Positions 47,370-58,718 of a stretch of DNA of 64,000 nt are shown piece after piece. The notes under the pieces were generated by a model. It was not told the origin of the DNA and made no database searches. It saw only the letters and a program-made list of their open reading frames with translations. The stretch comes from Escherichia coli (GTDB taxonomy: Bacteria > Pseudomonadota > Gammaproteobacteria > Enterobacterales > Enterobacteriaceae): the NCBI RefSeq assembly GCF_022846255.1, contig NZ_AP025682.1; one strand, written 5' to 3'. The position numbers and the translations under genes were made by a program. Numbering within the stretch: position 1 is the first letter of the stretch; every line of letters starts with the position of its first letter.

Positions 47370-48608
47370 TCACTCAGGTTTTGGGCAACGCTGTTCCTTC
47401 CAGCCAGCCACCGCCGCAATCCGCCGTCGGGTCAGCTCCTCGCGAATCTCCACACCTTTAAATCCCGCTTCAACGACGGCTTTTGTCGGCACTGACTGTG
47501 CCACTTCCCAGGCTTCGCGCAACCAGCGGCCTTGCGGGTAGTCGGCTGATTCAAAACCGGTTCTGCCGCGCACATCAGCCTCGCTGGTCAGCGCCAGTTG
47601 CTCGACACGCTGCGGTTTACGCCAGGCGTCGATGGAATCAAATAGTTTGACGATGGTTTTTGGGTTCAGCATTGGGAAGGTGTGGATGAGATCGTGAAAC
47701 TCAGCCACCAGTCTGGCTAAATCGCGAATTTCATTTGGCACGCGCAGACGCTGGCATAGTTGTTCCACTAACTTCACACCCGCCGGGCCATGACCATGAT
47801 GACGCGGCCAAAGTTCTGGTGGCGTCAGTCCTTTACCGAGATCGTGGCATAACGTTGCGAAACGGACATCGACCTGCGGACTCAGCATCGCCGCCATTGA
47901 GAGCGTCATTAAGGTATGAATACCGGTGTCGATTTCCGGATGCCACCTGGCAGGGGCCGGAACGCCAAACAGGGCGTCAATTTCCGGGAATAAAACGCGC
48001 AGTGCGCCGCAATCGCGCAGTACCTGGAAGAACACCTGGGGATTGCGGGTGGTGAGGGCGTTTTCCGTCTCTTTCCATACCCGTTCAGGCGTCAGGTGTT
48101 CCAGTTCACCCGCATGGGTCATCTCGCGCATCAGCGCCAGAGTTTCATCGGCAATACGGAAACAGAGGTGGGCATAACGCGCAGCAAAACGCGCTACGCG
48201 CAACACGCGTAACGGATCTTCGCCAAAAGCGGGGGAAACATGGCGCAACAGACGATTTTGCAGATCGCCCAGACCGTTGTACGGGTCGATAATCTCGCCG
48301 TTATCGTCCTGGGCCAGCGCATTAATGGTCAGATCGCGACGCTTAAGATCATCTTCCAGCGTGACATCCGGTGCGGCATAGCAGGTAAAACCGGTGTAAC
48401 CGGAACCGGATTTCCGTTCGGTACGTGCCAGTGCATACTCTTCATGCGTTTGCGGATGCAGAAACACAGGAAAATCGCGGCCTACCTGCTGGTAGCCCGC
48501 GTCGAGCATCTCCTGTGGCGTACTGCCGACCACCACCCAATCTCTGTCTTTGACCGGTAGCCCTAACAATGCATCCCGAACAGCACCACCGACCAGATAA
48601 ATCTTCAC
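47370..48608 (-). CDS. cca: CCA-adding tRNA nucleotidyltransferase (with HD phosphohydrolase domain)
   Basis: 412-aa [55 protein letters not shown]... Confidence 0.93.
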   Translation of the reverse strand: MKIYLVGGAVRDALLGLPVKDRDWVVVGSTPQEMLDAGYQQVGRDFPVFLHPQTHEEYALARTERKSGSGYTGFTCYAAPDVTLEDDLKRRDLTINALAQDDNGEIIDPYNGLGDLQNRLLRHVSPAFGEDPLRVLRVARFAARYAHLCFRIADETLALMREMTHAGELEHLTPERVWKETENALTTRNPQVFFQVLRDCGALRVLFPEIDALFGVPAPARWHPEIDTGIHTLMTLSMAAMLSPQVDVRFATLCHDLGKGLTPPELWPRHHGHGPAGVKLVEQLCQRLRVPNEIRDLARLVAEFHDLIHTFPMLNPKTIVKLFDSIDAWRKPQRVEQLALTSEADVRGRTGFESADYPQGRWLREAWEVAQSVPTKAVVEAGFKGVEIREELTRRRIAAVAGWKEQRCPKPE

Positions 48609-48671
48609 GCCATCATCCCTTCGTCAAATACACAATTCCTAATAATAAGACAGTGCAACGAAGAAGGCGAT

Positions 48672-49292
48672 TTAGTTCATCCAGCGATCTTTGCGTTTGC
48701 GGCTTGGGATCAGGTGCGGCAGTACCAGACCGAGCAGCAAGCCAAGCCCCAGCACGCCACCGCCATACATAAACCACTGCATGATGATGGTGCGCTGTTT
48801 GTCATCCAGCTGTACGCTGGCGGCATCGACCTTTTTCTGCGCGACAATCAGCTCGTTTTTCAGTTTCTGATTTTCTTCTTTTAACCCGTTGATCACGCTG
48901 TCGCTCTGCGCCACTTTTTGCTGCATTTCTGCGGTGCGCTGATTCCAGGTGTTATCGATATTGGTGAGTTTATCGGTCAGGGTTTTGACCTGATTTTCCA
49001 GATCTGGCACACGGGAGCGCAGGCTTGGCTCAGTGCTAAGTTGTTTCAACGGGATCCAGGCGGTACGGCCAGAGCTGTCTTTCACCTGGGCATAATTGGT
49101 GTTGGCGTCAGTTTGTAATAAGGTCACTTCCTCGCCGGCGTTAACCGTGCCCACGAGGCGATAATGATCTCCCGGACCGCTACGGACCCAGGTATTCAGT
49201 TCATCAGAAACATAGCGCGTTTCTTCAGCGTGTGAGACGGCAGTGGCGCTAAGTGCGAGTAAAGTTAATCCGATCAGGCGTAATTTTGGCAT
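48672..49292 (-). CDS. ygiM: SH3-domain membrane-anchored protein YgiM
   Basis: 206-aa ORF with signal peptide MPKLRLIGLTLLALSATAVSHA, SH3b-like region, coiled coil and C-terminal TM segment. Confidence 0.88.
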   Translation of the reverse strand: MPKLRLIGLTLLALSATAVSHAEETRYVSDELNTWVRSGPGDHYRLVGTVNAGEEVTLLQTDANTNYAQVKDSSGRTAWIPLKQLSTEPSLRSRVPDLENQVKTLTDKLTNIDNTWNQRTAEMQQKVAQSDSVINGLKEENQKLKNELIVAQKKVDAASVQLDDKQRTIIMQWFMYGGGVLGLGLLLGLVLPHLIPSRKRKDRWMN

Positions 49293-49533
49293 CAGGCTGT
49301 CGTTATTGTCATGGAAAGTGGAACGATAGTAGTGGCATCAGTGTCGCTACGCAAAGCATTCGACATCAATCGGAATCCTCTGTGTCAGGTCTTGCCACTG
49401 CTTCAAACTTTTACGCCCGTCAAATTGCCCGTTGCATGGCAATTTGGCGCAAAATACTATCTACTGACAAAAAAGATCGCATTAAGTTCGCCGTTCATCG
49501 TCACTTATGTGACATAACCGATAAGTAAAGGCT

Positions 49534-50835
49534 ATGGCTCAGGAAATCGAATTAAAGTTTATTGTTAATCACAGTGCCGTTGAGGCGCTGCGTGACCATC
49601 TCAATACGCTGGACGGCGAGCACCATGACCCCGTGCAGTTGCTGAATATTTACTACGAAACGCCGGATAACTGGCTGCGTGGGCACGATATGGGCTTGCG
49701 TATTCGTGGCGAAAACGGTCGCTATGAGATGACCATGAAAGTTGCAGGAAGAGTGACAGGCGGCTTACACCAGCGCCCGGAATATAACGTGGCGTTGAGC
49801 GCACCGACGCTCGACCTGGCGCAGTTACCGACGGAAGTCTGGCCGAACGGCGAATTGCCTGCCGATCTCGCTTCCCGCGTACAACCGCTGTTCAGCACCG
49901 ATTTTTATCGCGAAAAGTGGCTGGTAGAGGTTGATGGTAGCCAAATTGAAATCGCCCTCGACCAGGGGGAAGTGAAAGCGGGTGAATTTGCTGAACCTAT
50001 CTGTGAGCTGGAACTGGAACTGCTTAGCGGCGACATGCGTGCGGTGCTGAAACTGGCGAACCAACTGGTATCGCAAACCGGATTACGCCAGGGCAGCCTG
50101 AGCAAAGCAGCGCGTGGCTATCATCTGGCGCAGGGCAATCCGGCGCGTGAAATCAAACCGACCACCATTTTGCATGTTGCGGCAAAAGCTGATGTGGAAC
50201 AGGGGCTGGAAGCGGCGCTCGAGCTGGCGTTAGCGCAATGGCAGTATCATGAAGAACTGTGGGTACGCGGCAACGATGCGGCGAAAGAGCAGGTGCTGGC
50301 AGCCATTAGCCTGGTCCGTCATACACTGATGCTGTTCGGCGGTATCGTGCCGCGTAAAGCGAGCACTCACTTACGTGATCTGCTGACTCAATGCGAGGCG
50401 ACCATTGCTTCTGCGGTTTCTGCCGTAACGGCGGTCTACTCTACCGAAACGGCAATGGCGAAGCTGGCGTTGACCGAATGGCTGGTAAGCAAAGCCTGGC
50501 AGCCGTTTTTAGATGCCAAAGCGCAGAGTAAAATGAGCGATTCCTTCAAACGCTTTGCCGATATCCATCTTTCCCGCCATGCTGCTGAACTTAAAAGCGT
50601 TTTCTGCCAGCCGTTAGGCGATCGCTACCGTGACCAATTGCCACGCCTGACGCGTGATATTGACTCAATACTGTTGCTGGCGGGTTACTACGATCCTGTC
50701 GTCGCGCAAGCCTGGCTGGAGAACTGGCAGGGGCTGCGTCACGCTATTGCGACCGGGCAACGCATTGAAATTGAACATTTCCGTAATGAGGCAAACAATC
50801 AGGAACCGTTCTGGTTGCACAGCGGAAAACGTTAA
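49534..50835 (+). CDS. ygiF: Inorganic triphosphatase YgiF (CYTH plus CHAD domains)
   Basis: 433-aa [63 protein letters not shown]... with the CYTH EIELKF signature. Confidence 0.9.
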   Translation: MAQEIELKFIVNHSAVEALRDHLNTLDGEHHDPVQLLNIYYETPDNWLRGHDMGLRIRGENGRYEMTMKVAGRVTGGLHQRPEYNVALSAPTLDLAQLPTEVWPNGELPADLASRVQPLFSTDFYREKWLVEVDGSQIEIALDQGEVKAGEFAEPICELELELLSGDMRAVLKLANQLVSQTGLRQGSLSKAARGYHLAQGNPAREIKPTTILHVAAKADVEQGLEAALELALAQWQYHEELWVRGNDAAKEQVLAAISLVRHTLMLFGGIVPRKASTHLRDLLTQCEATIASAVSAVTAVYSTETAMAKLALTEWLVSKAWQPFLDAKAQSKMSDSFKRFADIHLSRHAAELKSVFCQPLGDRYRDQLPRLTRDIDSILLLAGYYDPVVAQAWLENWQGLRHAIATGQRIEIEHFRNEANNQEPFWLHSGKR

Positions 50836-50857
50836 TCAGGCAAGGATAAAATCGCTT

Positions 50858-53698
50858 ATGAAGCCGCTCTCTTCACCGTTACAGCAGTACTGGCAGACCG
50901 TTGTTGAGCGGCTGCCAGAGCCTTTAGCCGAGGAATCACTTAGCGCACAGGCGAAGTCAGTACTTACTTTCAGTGATTTTGTGCAGGACAGCGTGATTGC
51001 GCATCCAAAGTGGCTGACGGAACTGGAAAGCCAACCGCCGCAGGCCGACGAATGGCAGCATTACGCTGCATGGTTGCAGGAGGCGCTCAGTAATGTGAGT
51101 GACGAAGCCGGGTTAATGCGCGAGCTGCGGCTATTCCGGCGGCGCATTATGGTGCGCATCGCCTGGGCGCAAACGCTGGCTCTGGTTACTGAAGAGAGCA
51201 TATTGCAGCAGCTCAGCCATCTGGCGGAGACGCTGATTGTTGCGGCGCGTGACTGGCTGTATGACGCCTGCTGCCGCGAATGGGGAACGCCGTGCAATGC
51301 GCAGGGCGAAGCGCAACCGCTGCTGATTTTAGGCATGGGTAAGCTGGGCGGCGGGGAACTGAATTTCTCCTCTGATATCGATCTGATTTTTGCCTGGCCG
51401 GAACATGGTTGTACCCAGGGTGGACGCCGGGAACTGGATAACGCGCAGTTTTTTACCCGCATGGGGCAGCGGCTGATTAAAGTGCTGGATCAACCTACGC
51501 AGGATGGCTTCGTCTATCGCGTGGATATGCGGCTGCGTCCGTTTGGTGAAAGTGGCCCGCTGGTGCTGAGTTTTGCGGCGCTGGAAGATTATTACCAGGA
51601 GCAGGGGCGCGACTGGGAGCGTTACGCGATGGTCAAGGCGCGGATTATGGGGGATAGCGACGGCGTCTATGCTAACGAGTTGCGTGCGATGCTGCGTCCG
51701 TTTGTTTTCCGTCGTTACATCGATTTCAGCGTGATTCAGTCGCTGCGCAACATGAAAGGAATGATTGCCCGTGAAGTGCGTCGACGCGGTTTGACCGACA
51801 ACATCAAACTTGGCGCAGGCGGCATTCGCGAAATTGAATTTATCGTCCAGGTGTTCCAGCTCATTCGCGGCGGGCGCGAACCGTCGCTGCAATCGCGCGC
51901 TTTACTGCCAACGCTCAGCGCCATTGCCGCGCTGCATCTGCTTTCTGAAAACGATGCTGAACAATTGCGAGTGGCGTATCTGTTCCTGCGGCGTCTGGAA
52001 AACCTGCTGCAAAGCATTAACGACGAACAAACCCAGACGCTTCCTTCTGATGAGCTTACCCGTGCGCGGCTGGCGTGGGCGATGGACTTTGCTGACTGGC
52101 CGCAATTGACCGGGGTGCTGACCGCACATATGGCCAATGTGCGCCGGGTGTTTAATGAATTGATTGGCGACGACGAAAGTGAAACTCAGGAAGAGTCGCT
52201 GTCGGAACAGTGGCGTGAGCTGTGGCAGGATGCGTTGCAGGAAGATGACACCACGCCAGTGCTGGCGCATCTTAGCGAGGATGATCGCAAACAGGTGCTA
52301 ATGCTGATTGCTGATTTTCGCAAAGAGCTGGATAAGCGCACTATCGGGCCGCGAGGACGTCAGGTGCTCGACCATCTGATGCCACATCTGCTAAGTGATG
52401 TCTGTGCGCGTGAAGACGCTGCTGTCACGCTGTCGCGCATTACCGCCTTGCTGGTGGGGATTGTTACTCGCACCACTTATCTTGAGCTGCTTAGTGAATT
52501 CCCTGCGGCGCTTAAGCATTTGATTTCTCTGTGTGCTGCATCGCCGATGATTGCCAGCCAGCTAGCGCGTTATCCATTATTGCTGGATGAATTGCTCGAT
52601 CCAAATACCCTCTACCAACCAACGGCGACGGATGCCTACCGTGATGAACTGCGCCAGTATTTGCTGCGCGTGCCGGAAGATGACGAAGAACAACAGCTTG
52701 AGGCGCTGCGTCAGTTCAAACAGGCGCAGCTGTTACGCATTGCGGCAGCGGATATCGCCGGTACGCTACCGGTAATGAAAGTGAGCGATCACTTAACCTG
52801 GCTGGCAGAAGCCATGATTGATGCCGTCGTTCAGCAGGCGTGGGTTCAAATGGTTGCCCGCTACGGTAAGCCAAATCACCTGAACGAACGCGAAGGGCGT
52901 GGTTTTGCGGTGGTCGGCTACGGCAAGCTGGGTGGCTGGGAGTTAGGCTACAGTTCCGATCTTGACCTGATCTTCCTCCATGATTGCCCAATGGATGCGA
53001 TGACTGACGGCGAGCGGGAAATCGACGGGCGACAGTTTTATCTGCGTCTGGCGCAACGCATTATGCATCTGTTCAGTACGCGAACCTCTTCCGGCATTTT
53101 GTATGAAGTGGATGCACGACTGCGTCCGTCCGGGGCGGCGGGAATGCTGGTGACATCCGCAGAAGCATTTGCTGATTATCAGAAAAACGAGGCCTGGACG
53201 TGGGAGCATCAGGCGCTGGTGCGTGCGCGTGTAGTGTACGGCGATCCGCAGCTCACCGCGCACTTTGACGCGGTGCGTCGCGAGATTATGACGCTGCCGC
53301 GCGAAGGCAAAACCCTGCAAACAGAAGTGCGGGAAATGCGCGAGAAAATGCGTGCCCATCTCGGCAATAAACATCGCGATCGCTTTGATATCAAAGCCGA
53401 TGAAGGCGGAATTACCGATATCGAATTTATTACTCAATATCTGGTGTTGCGCTACGCTCACGAAAAACCGAAGTTAACGCGCTGGTCAGACAACGTGCGC
53501 ATTCTGGAACTACTGGCGCAAAACGACATTATGGAAGAGCAGGAAGCGATGGCGCTGACCCGTGCTTACACGACGCTGCGCGATGAACTTCATCATCTGG
53601 CATTACAGGAATTGCCGGGCCATGTGTCGGAGGATTGCTTCACCGCAGAGCGTGAACTGGTGCGGGCAAGCTGGCAGAAGTGGCTGGTGGAAGAATGA
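50858..53698 (+). CDS. glnE: Glutamine synthetase adenylyltransferase/adenylyl-removing enzyme GlnE
   Basis: ORF 50654..53698; recognised start [22 protein letters not shown] at ATG 50858 (946 aa); two nucleotidyltransferase domains ([16 protein letters not shown] and [16 protein letters not shown]). Confidence 0.95.
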   Translation: MKPLSSPLQQYWQTVVERLPEPLAEESLSAQAKSVLTFSDFVQDSVIAHPKWLTELESQPPQADEWQHYAAWLQEALSNVSDEAGLMRELRLFRRRIMVRIAWAQTLALVTEESILQQLSHLAETLIVAARDWLYDACCREWGTPCNAQGEAQPLLILGMGKLGGGELNFSSDIDLIFAWPEHGCTQGGRRELDNAQFFTRMGQRLIKVLDQPTQDGFVYRVDMRLRPFGESGPLVLSFAALEDYYQEQGRDWERYAMVKARIMGDSDGVYANELRAMLRPFVFRRYIDFSVIQSLRNMKGMIAREVRRRGLTDNIKLGAGGIREIEFIVQVFQLIRGGREPSLQSRALLPTLSAIAALHLLSENDAEQLRVAYLFLRRLENLLQSINDEQTQTLPSDELTRARLAWAMDFADWPQLTGVLTAHMANVRRVFNELIGDDESETQEESLSEQWRELWQDALQEDDTTPVLAHLSEDDRKQVLMLIADFRKELDKRTIGPRGRQVLDHLMPHLLSDVCAREDAAVTLSRITALLVGIVTRTTYLELLSEFPAALKHLISLCAASPMIASQLARYPLLLDELLDPNTLYQPTATDAYRDELRQYLLRVPEDDEEQQLEALRQFKQAQLLRIAAADIAGTLPVMKVSDHLTWLAEAMIDAVVQQAWVQMVARYGKPNHLNEREGRGFAVVGYGKLGGWELGYSSDLDLIFLHDCPMDAMTDGEREIDGRQFYLRLAQRIMHLFSTRTSSGILYEVDARLRPSGAAGMLVTSAEAFADYQKNEAWTWEHQALVRARVVYGDPQLTAHFDAVRREIMTLPREGKTLQTEVREMREKMRAHLGNKHRDRFDIKADEGGITDIEFITQYLVLRYAHEKPKLTRWSDNVRILELLAQNDIMEEQEAMALTRAYTTLRDELHHLALQELPGHVSEDCFTAERELVRASWQKWLVEE

Positions 53699-53745
53699 AG
53701 TATGGTATTATCGCGCGCAAATTTTGAATCTCTCAGGAGACAGGA

Positions 53746-55179
53746 ATGAAAGTAACGCTGCCAGAGTTTGAACGTGCAGGAGTGATGGTGGTTGGTGATG
53801 TGATGCTGGATCGTTACTGGTACGGTCCCACCAGCCGTATCTCGCCGGAAGCGCCGGTGCCCGTGGTTAAAGTGAATACCATCGAAGAACGTCCGGGCGG
53901 CGCGGCTAACGTGGCGATGAATATCGCTTCTCTCGGTGCTAATGCACGCCTGGTCGGGTTGACGGGCATTGACGATGCGGCGCGCGCGCTGAGTAAATCT
54001 CTGGCCGACGTCAACGTCAAATGCGACTTCGTTTCTGTACCGACGCATCCGACCATCACCAAATTACGGGTACTTTCCCGCAACCAACAGCTGATCCGTC
54101 TGGATTTTGAAGAAGGTTTCGAAGGGGTTGATCCGCAGCCGCTGCACGAGCGGATTAATCAGGCGCTGAGTTCGATTGGCGCGCTGGTGCTCTCTGACTA
54201 CGCCAAAGGTGCGCTGGCAAGCGTGCAGCAGATGATCCAACTGGCGCGTAAAGCGGGCGTTCCGGTGCTGATTGATCCAAAAGGTACCGATTTTGAGCGC
54301 TACCGCGGCGCTACGCTGTTAACGCCGAATCTCTCGGAATTTGAAGCTGTTGTCGGTAAATGTAAGACCGAAGAAGAGATTGTTGAGCGCGGCATGAAAC
54401 TGATTGCCGATTACGAACTCTCGGCTCTGTTAGTGACCCGTTCCGAACAGGGTATGTCGCTGCTGCAACCGGGTAAAGCGCCGCTGCATATGCCAACCCA
54501 GGCGCAGGAAGTGTATGACGTTACCGGTGCGGGCGACACGGTGATTGGCGTCCTGGCGGCAACGCTGGCAGCGGGTAATTCGCTGGAAGAAGCCTGCTTC
54601 TTTGCCAATGCGGCGGCTGGTGTGGTGGTCGGCAAACTGGGGACATCCACGGTTTCGCCGATCGAGCTGGAAAACGCAGTACGTGGACGTGCAGATACCG
54701 GCTTTGGCGTGATGACCGAAGAGGAACTGAAGCTTGCTGTAGCGGCAGCGCGTAAACGCGGTGAAAAAGTGGTGATGACCAATGGCGTCTTTGACATCCT
54801 GCACGCCGGACACGTCTCTTATCTGGCAAATGCCCGTAAACTGGGTGACCGTTTGATTGTCGCCGTCAACAGCGATGCCTCCACCAAACGGCTGAAAGGG
54901 GATTCCCGCCCCGTTAACCCGCTCGAACAGCGTATGATTGTGCTGGGCGCACTGGAAGCGGTCGACTGGGTGGTGTCGTTTGAAGAAGACACGCCGCAGC
55001 GCTTGATCGCCGGGATCCTGCCAGACCTGCTGGTGAAAGGCGGCGATTATAAACCAGAAGAGATTGCCGGGAGTAAAGAAGTCTGGGCCAATGGTGGCGA
55101 AGTGCTGGTGCTCAACTTTGAAGACGGTTGCTCGACCACTAACATTATCAAGAAGATCCAACAGGATAAAAAAGGCTAA
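53746..55179 (+). CDS. hldE: Bifunctional D-glycero-beta-D-manno-heptose-7-phosphate kinase / heptose-1-phosphate adenylyltransferase HldE
   Basis: 477-aa [46 protein letters not shown]...; ribokinase-like N domain plus cytidylyltransferase-like C domain. Confidence 0.95.
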
Positions 55180-55223
55180 CCGGAAAGCGCTTCACAGTTC
55201 TCGCGTTGTGCCGGATAGACCTA

Positions 55224-55252
55224 TTGACGCTGTTGTTTTTTCAACCTAAAGT
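55224..55252 (+). promoter_or_regulatory. Near-consensus sigma70 promoter (TTGACG-17-TAAAGT) driving the Sib antisense sRNA
   Basis: -35 TTGACG at 55224..55229, 17-nt spacer, -10 TAAAGT at 55247..55252; predicted TSS about 55259, 40 nt downstream of the ibs stop on the opposite strand. Confidence 0.5.
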
Positions 55253-55258
55253 AAAGGA

Positions 55259-55400
55259 ACAAGGGTAAGGGAGGATTTCTCCCCCCTCTGATGAGTTGTT
55301 AGTAAGTCGGGAAACTTAACAGTAACAACACAACCAGTATGATGACGAACTTCATCATAACCCTTTCCTTCTATAAGGCCCCTTCCTCGGGAGGGGCTTT
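55259..55400 (+). ncRNA. Sib-family antisense sRNA (type I antitoxin; SibD/SibE-like), ends approximate
   Basis: Transcript from the promoter above would cover the whole ibs ORF on the opposite strand and end at a GC-rich hairpin (CCCCTTCC-TC-GGGAGGGG, about 55380..55397) followed by CTTTCCCGTTT; about 140 nt, the size I recall for Sib RNAs. Confidence 0.55.
55299..55358 (-). CDS. Ibs-family type I toxin, 19-aa hydrophobic peptide MMKFVIILVVLLLLSFPTY
   Basis: ATGATGAAGTTCGTCATCATACTGGTTGTGTTGTTACTGTTAAGTTTCCCGACTTACTAA on the reverse strand with RBS GGAAAGGG 5 nt upstream; matches the Ibs consensus (MMK.VIIL..LLL.SF..Y). Below the ORF-track size cut-off. Confidence 0.8.
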   Translation of the reverse strand: MMKFVIILVVLLLLSFPTY

Positions 55401-55597
55401 CCCGTTTCAGCCCCTTGCTGACTCCCCGATTGTTGATGAGCGCCGGACTCCGCGCAACGCTTTCCCAGAGGCAGTTTTGCCTTCCCCGAGCAGTCACGCA
55501 AAACGCTGCAACAGCCTGATCATTTGCACCTTTTTGCGGAACGCAGATATAAAAAATCCCCGGCTTTTTGGGCCAGGGATTATTCATAGAAGAGGGT

Positions 55598-57259
55598 TTA
55601 CTCTGTTTTTTCTTCGACGGGAGTTGTTGAGGTTAAGGGGGAAGTCAATGCCGCCAGTGAGCCGCCTGAAACGCCAATTTCATTGAGCAAGGAGTCAATC
55701 AGCGGTGCCTGTGTGCGGTAAGAAAGGGCGGCAGACAATGCCTGTTCTGCCAGGTTTCCGCCACTAACGCTGCCTGATGCCGCATCCCCCGCAGCACCAC
55801 CTCGGTTTAATCCATCGACCTGAATAATCTTGATGCCGTCGATAGACTTCATCGGCTCAACGGATTTCTCTATTACTGCAGGTAACGACTGTAATAGCGC
55901 CAGTTTGAATTTAAGGCTGGTTTGTTCATCAGAAAGTACGTTGATAGCGTCGTTCAGCGCACGTTGCGCTTCTGCTTCCGCCAGACCCTTTTTACGCGTA
56001 GCTTCGGCTAACTCAACGATTGCCGCCGCCTGCATCTCTGCGGCTTCTTTCTCTGCTTTCGCCCGCACGGTCAATTCAACCGCTTTGGTTTCTGCATCCT
56101 GCGCGGCAGCGATTAGGGCAACTTGTTTAGCACGATCGGCTTCTGCGGTCTGGCGAGTTGTTTCTACGTTTTGCTGGGCGCTTACCGCTTCTGCAAGTGC
56201 AAGGTTGGCACGCGCTTCCGCTTGTGACTGCTGTTCCGATTTGGCGGCAATAGCGATCGATTTCGTCTGGTTGGCGATTTCGGTGACCTGCTGCTGTTCG
56301 ATCTCTTTAATGCGAACTTCACGTTCAGCTTCAACTTTTCTGGAACGGACGGCCTGTTCGCGGTCGATTTCCGTTTCCTGAATCTGTCGTTCAGCCAGAA
56401 TTCGCGTCTGCTCTGCTTCCCGACGACGCTCGGCCTCAAAAGCTGCAATTTTCGCATTCTGCTCAGCGGTACGGGTTTTAACCTGCTGCTCCTGTTCAAG
56501 CGTCATAAACGCTTCTTGTTGTTCAATCTCCAGCTTCCGCGAAAGCGCATCACGGTTTTTCTCACGCACCGCAACTTCTACATCCTGTTCAACTTCGTTA
56601 CGTTCGCGACGACGGCGCTCCGTCTCCTGCGTCAGCTTGGTCAAACCTTCGGCGTCAAAGGCGTTGTTAGGATTGAAATGTTCTTTCGACGTCTGGTTAA
56701 AGTTGGTAAGTGAAACGCTTTCCAGTTCCAGGCCGTTTTTTGACAGATCCTCAGCTACGGTATTTTGTACCCCCTGCACGAAGTTCTCGCGGGTATCCTG
56801 TAACTCATGCATGGTCATTTGTGCCGCTGTTGCACGGAGGGCATCGACAAATTTATCTTCAACCAACATACGTAAGTCTTCAGGCGACAGGGTGCGTTGC
56901 CCCAGCGTCTGGGCGGCGGTGGCAATACCTTCCACTGACGGTTTTACCCGTACAAAGAAAGCGACAACGACATCGACGCGCATACGATCTTTCGTAATCA
57001 GGCTATCAATGGTTGAGCGGCTGACTTCCAGCTTCAGAGTATTCATATTGATGGGGATTATTTCATGAAAGATCGGCATCACGATTGCGCCACCGCTCAT
57101 TACCACTTTTTGCCCACCTAAACCAGTACGAACAAAAGCTTGCTCTGCCGAAGCGCGACGATAGAGCCTGGCGAAAATAATTCCAATAATAAACAGAATG
57201 CATACGGCAATAATCGCGGTAAACATCCAGGAGGGCACAGAATTAACAATATCATCCAT
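55598..57259 (-). CDS. yqiK: Flotillin-like SPFH/band-7 membrane protein YqiK
   Basis: 553-aa ORF MDDIVNSVPSWMFTAIIAVCILFIIGIIFARLYRRASAEQAFVRTGLGGQKVV...; N-terminal TM, SPFH domain, long Ala/Glu-rich coiled coil. Confidence 0.9.
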   Translation of the reverse strand: MDDIVNSVPSWMFTAIIAVCILFIIGIIFARLYRRASAEQAFVRTGLGGQKVVMSGGAIVMPIFHEIIPINMNTLKLEVSRSTIDSLITKDRMRVDVVVAFFVRVKPSVEGIATAAQTLGQRTLSPEDLRMLVEDKFVDALRATAAQMTMHELQDTRENFVQGVQNTVAEDLSKNGLELESVSLTNFNQTSKEHFNPNNAFDAEGLTKLTQETERRRRERNEVEQDVEVAVREKNRDALSRKLEIEQQEAFMTLEQEQQVKTRTAEQNAKIAAFEAERRREAEQTRILAERQIQETEIDREQAVRSRKVEAEREVRIKEIEQQQVTEIANQTKSIAIAAKSEQQSQAEARANLALAEAVSAQQNVETTRQTAEADRAKQVALIAAAQDAETKAVELTVRAKAEKEAAEMQAAAIVELAEATRKKGLAEAEAQRALNDAINVLSDEQTSLKFKLALLQSLPAVIEKSVEPMKSIDGIKIIQVDGLNRGGAAGDAASGSVSGGNLAEQALSAALSYRTQAPLIDSLLNEIGVSGGSLAALTSPLTSTTPVEEKTE

Positions 57260-57285
57260 TATTAAATTTCCTTTTGATTAATAAA

Positions 57286-57915
57286 TTACAATATTTGGGG
57301 CCAGGGATTGTTTTCCGCCAAATATCGCGTTGCAGAAAGTCGGCAAATAATTAACACTTTGTCTCCTTTAGTGAAAATTTTTCCTTCTTCAGGCTCCAGT
57401 AGTAAATAATGTATTTGGCCAAATTGATCGGTGAGTTTTCCTTCGCAGGGATTACCTGAAGTGGCTTGATGACCGGTAATTAACGCCATGCTACCAATAT
57501 ATTCTTCTTCTGTAATAGCTGAGCTGTGATCGCGTGGAATCCAGGGCGCAACTATTTTACCGGTATAATGCACCGCAATAATCGTAAACAGTAAACTGAC
57601 AGGAACCACAAACAGGTTCGAGAGTGGTGATTGCCAGACCATGATGCAGGTATGCTGCAACAGGATGCCAATAAGACCAAAAAAAACAGCCAGTAAGCAG
57701 AGAACGACGAGAGCTGGCAATCTTCCGATATTGAGATAATGAAGTGCCTGGCTAATATGACCTGTGGTTATGGAATCATAATGGTCAAGATGTGCATCAA
57801 GAGCACCGGAGAGCATGTGACCGCAGATAAGCGCAAAAATTTCTAAAAGGCCGATCAACAGTACAAAGGAAATAGCGAAAAGATAAGGGGTGTTATAGTC
57901 GGCGAATAAAATCAT
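57286..57915 (-). CDS. yqiJ: NfeD-like inner membrane protein YqiJ (partner of YqiK)
   Basis: 209-aa [37 protein letters not shown]...; multi-TM N-terminus plus C-terminal OB-fold-like region; 26 nt upstream of yqiK. Confidence 0.85.
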   Translation of the reverse strand: MILFADYNTPYLFAISFVLLIGLLEIFALICGHMLSGALDAHLDHYDSITTGHISQALHYLNIGRLPALVVLCLLAVFFGLIGILLQHTCIMVWQSPLSNLFVVPVSLLFTIIAVHYTGKIVAPWIPRDHSSAITEEEYIGSMALITGHQATSGNPCEGKLTDQFGQIHYLLLEPEEGKIFTKGDKVLIICRLSATRYLAENNPWPQIL

Positions 57916-58183
57916 ATGTCACTCCGATGTCCATTTAGTGACGCAATATTTACTTTAGGGTAGTTTCCTTGCTTACATTTATCTTTGTTAATAATAACAC
58001 ATGTTAGAGAAGTTCTGGAAGAGAAAGTCTTTTAATATGGTTTTTTATTTTTCACTAAAAAGTGTGATCGGGGACAATATATTTACGCACGTTATGTTTA
58101 AAGGCACTACACTGATTGGGGAATACTGAAATCAGAAAAAGCATATGGCCTTAAAAGGTATGCGATAACCGGAGGATGTGCTT

Positions 58184-58384
58184 ATGGATCATAGTCTTAA
58201 TTCTTTAAATAATTTCGATTTCCTGGCGCGTAGTTTTGCCAGAATGCACGCAGAAGGTCGCCCGGTCGATATTCTGGCCGTTACTGGTAACATGGATGAA
58301 GAACATAGAACCTGGTTTTGCGCACGTTATGCCTGGTATTGCCAACAGATGATGCAAACCAGAGAACTTGAATTAGAACACTGA
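58184..58384 (+). CDS. glgS: Surface composition regulator GlgS
   Basis: Track ORF starts at GTG 58178; real start ATG 58184 ([45 protein letters not shown]...), 66 aa, GGAGGA RBS. Confidence 0.9.
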
Positions 58385-58388
58385 TATT

Positions 58389-58410
58389 ACGGGCCGTCTG
58401 GCCCGTTTTT
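58389..58410 (+). terminator. Rho-independent terminator of glgS
   Basis: ACGGGCCGTCTGGCCCGT hairpin followed by TTTTT, 5 nt after the glgS stop and 8 nt before the convergent ubiK stop. Confidence 0.6.
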
Positions 58411-58418
58411 GTGATGCT

Positions 58419-58718
58419 TTATTCTGCTTTATCAATAGGCGGGATAGCCGGAGGAGATTGAAGATCTGCTACCGAATTATTGCGCGCTTCCAGTTCACTG
58501 ATGCGCTGCTCCAGTAACGCCAGTTTTTCACGAGTCCGTAACAGGACTTGCGTCTGAACGTCGAATTCTTCGCGGCTTACCAGATCGAGACGCGTCAGCT
58601 GCGCTTGTAGGGTTTGGCGGATTTTTTTCTCCACATCTTCCCCGAACTCCCTGATTCCTTTAGGCATTGATTCGTGAACCTGGCGAGCGATTTGCTCAAT
58701 TTTTTTCGGGTCAATCAT
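58419..58718 (-). CDS. ubiK: Ubiquinone biosynthesis accessory factor UbiK (YqiC, BMFP family)
   Basis: ORF 58419..58778; recognised start [41 protein letters not shown] at ATG 58718; coiled-coil protein of about 99 aa. Confidence 0.88.
   Translation of the reverse strand: MIDPKKIEQIARQVHESMPKGIREFGEDVEKKIRQTLQAQLTRLDLVSREEFDVQTQVLLRTREKLALLEQRISELEARNNSVADLQSPPAIPPIDKAE

Noticed and set aside
50654-50857. N-terminal extension of glnE in the track (1014 aa)
   Set aside because: Extension overlaps the ygiF 3' end in another frame; recognised GlnE start [12 protein letters not shown] is at 50858.
51061-53461. Several reverse ORFs (122 to 187 aa) antisense to glnE
   Set aside because: Embedded in glnE; Arg/Gln/His-rich, no independent signals.
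53593-55161. Reverse ORFs (151, 243, 128 aa) antisense to hldE
   Set aside because: Embedded in hldE; shadow frames.
55246-55686. Track ORFs 55246..55587 (-, 113 aa) and 55339..55686 (+, 115 aa) in the hldE-yqiK spacer
   Set aside because: Both span promoter and terminator hairpins and have no homology I recognise; the real content here is the 19-aa Ibs ORF and its antisense sRNA.
55830-56500. Ala/Glu-rich repetitive stretch inside yqiK
   Set aside because: Coiled-coil heptad repeats of the flotillin-like protein, not a DNA-level tandem repeat or CRISPR-like array.
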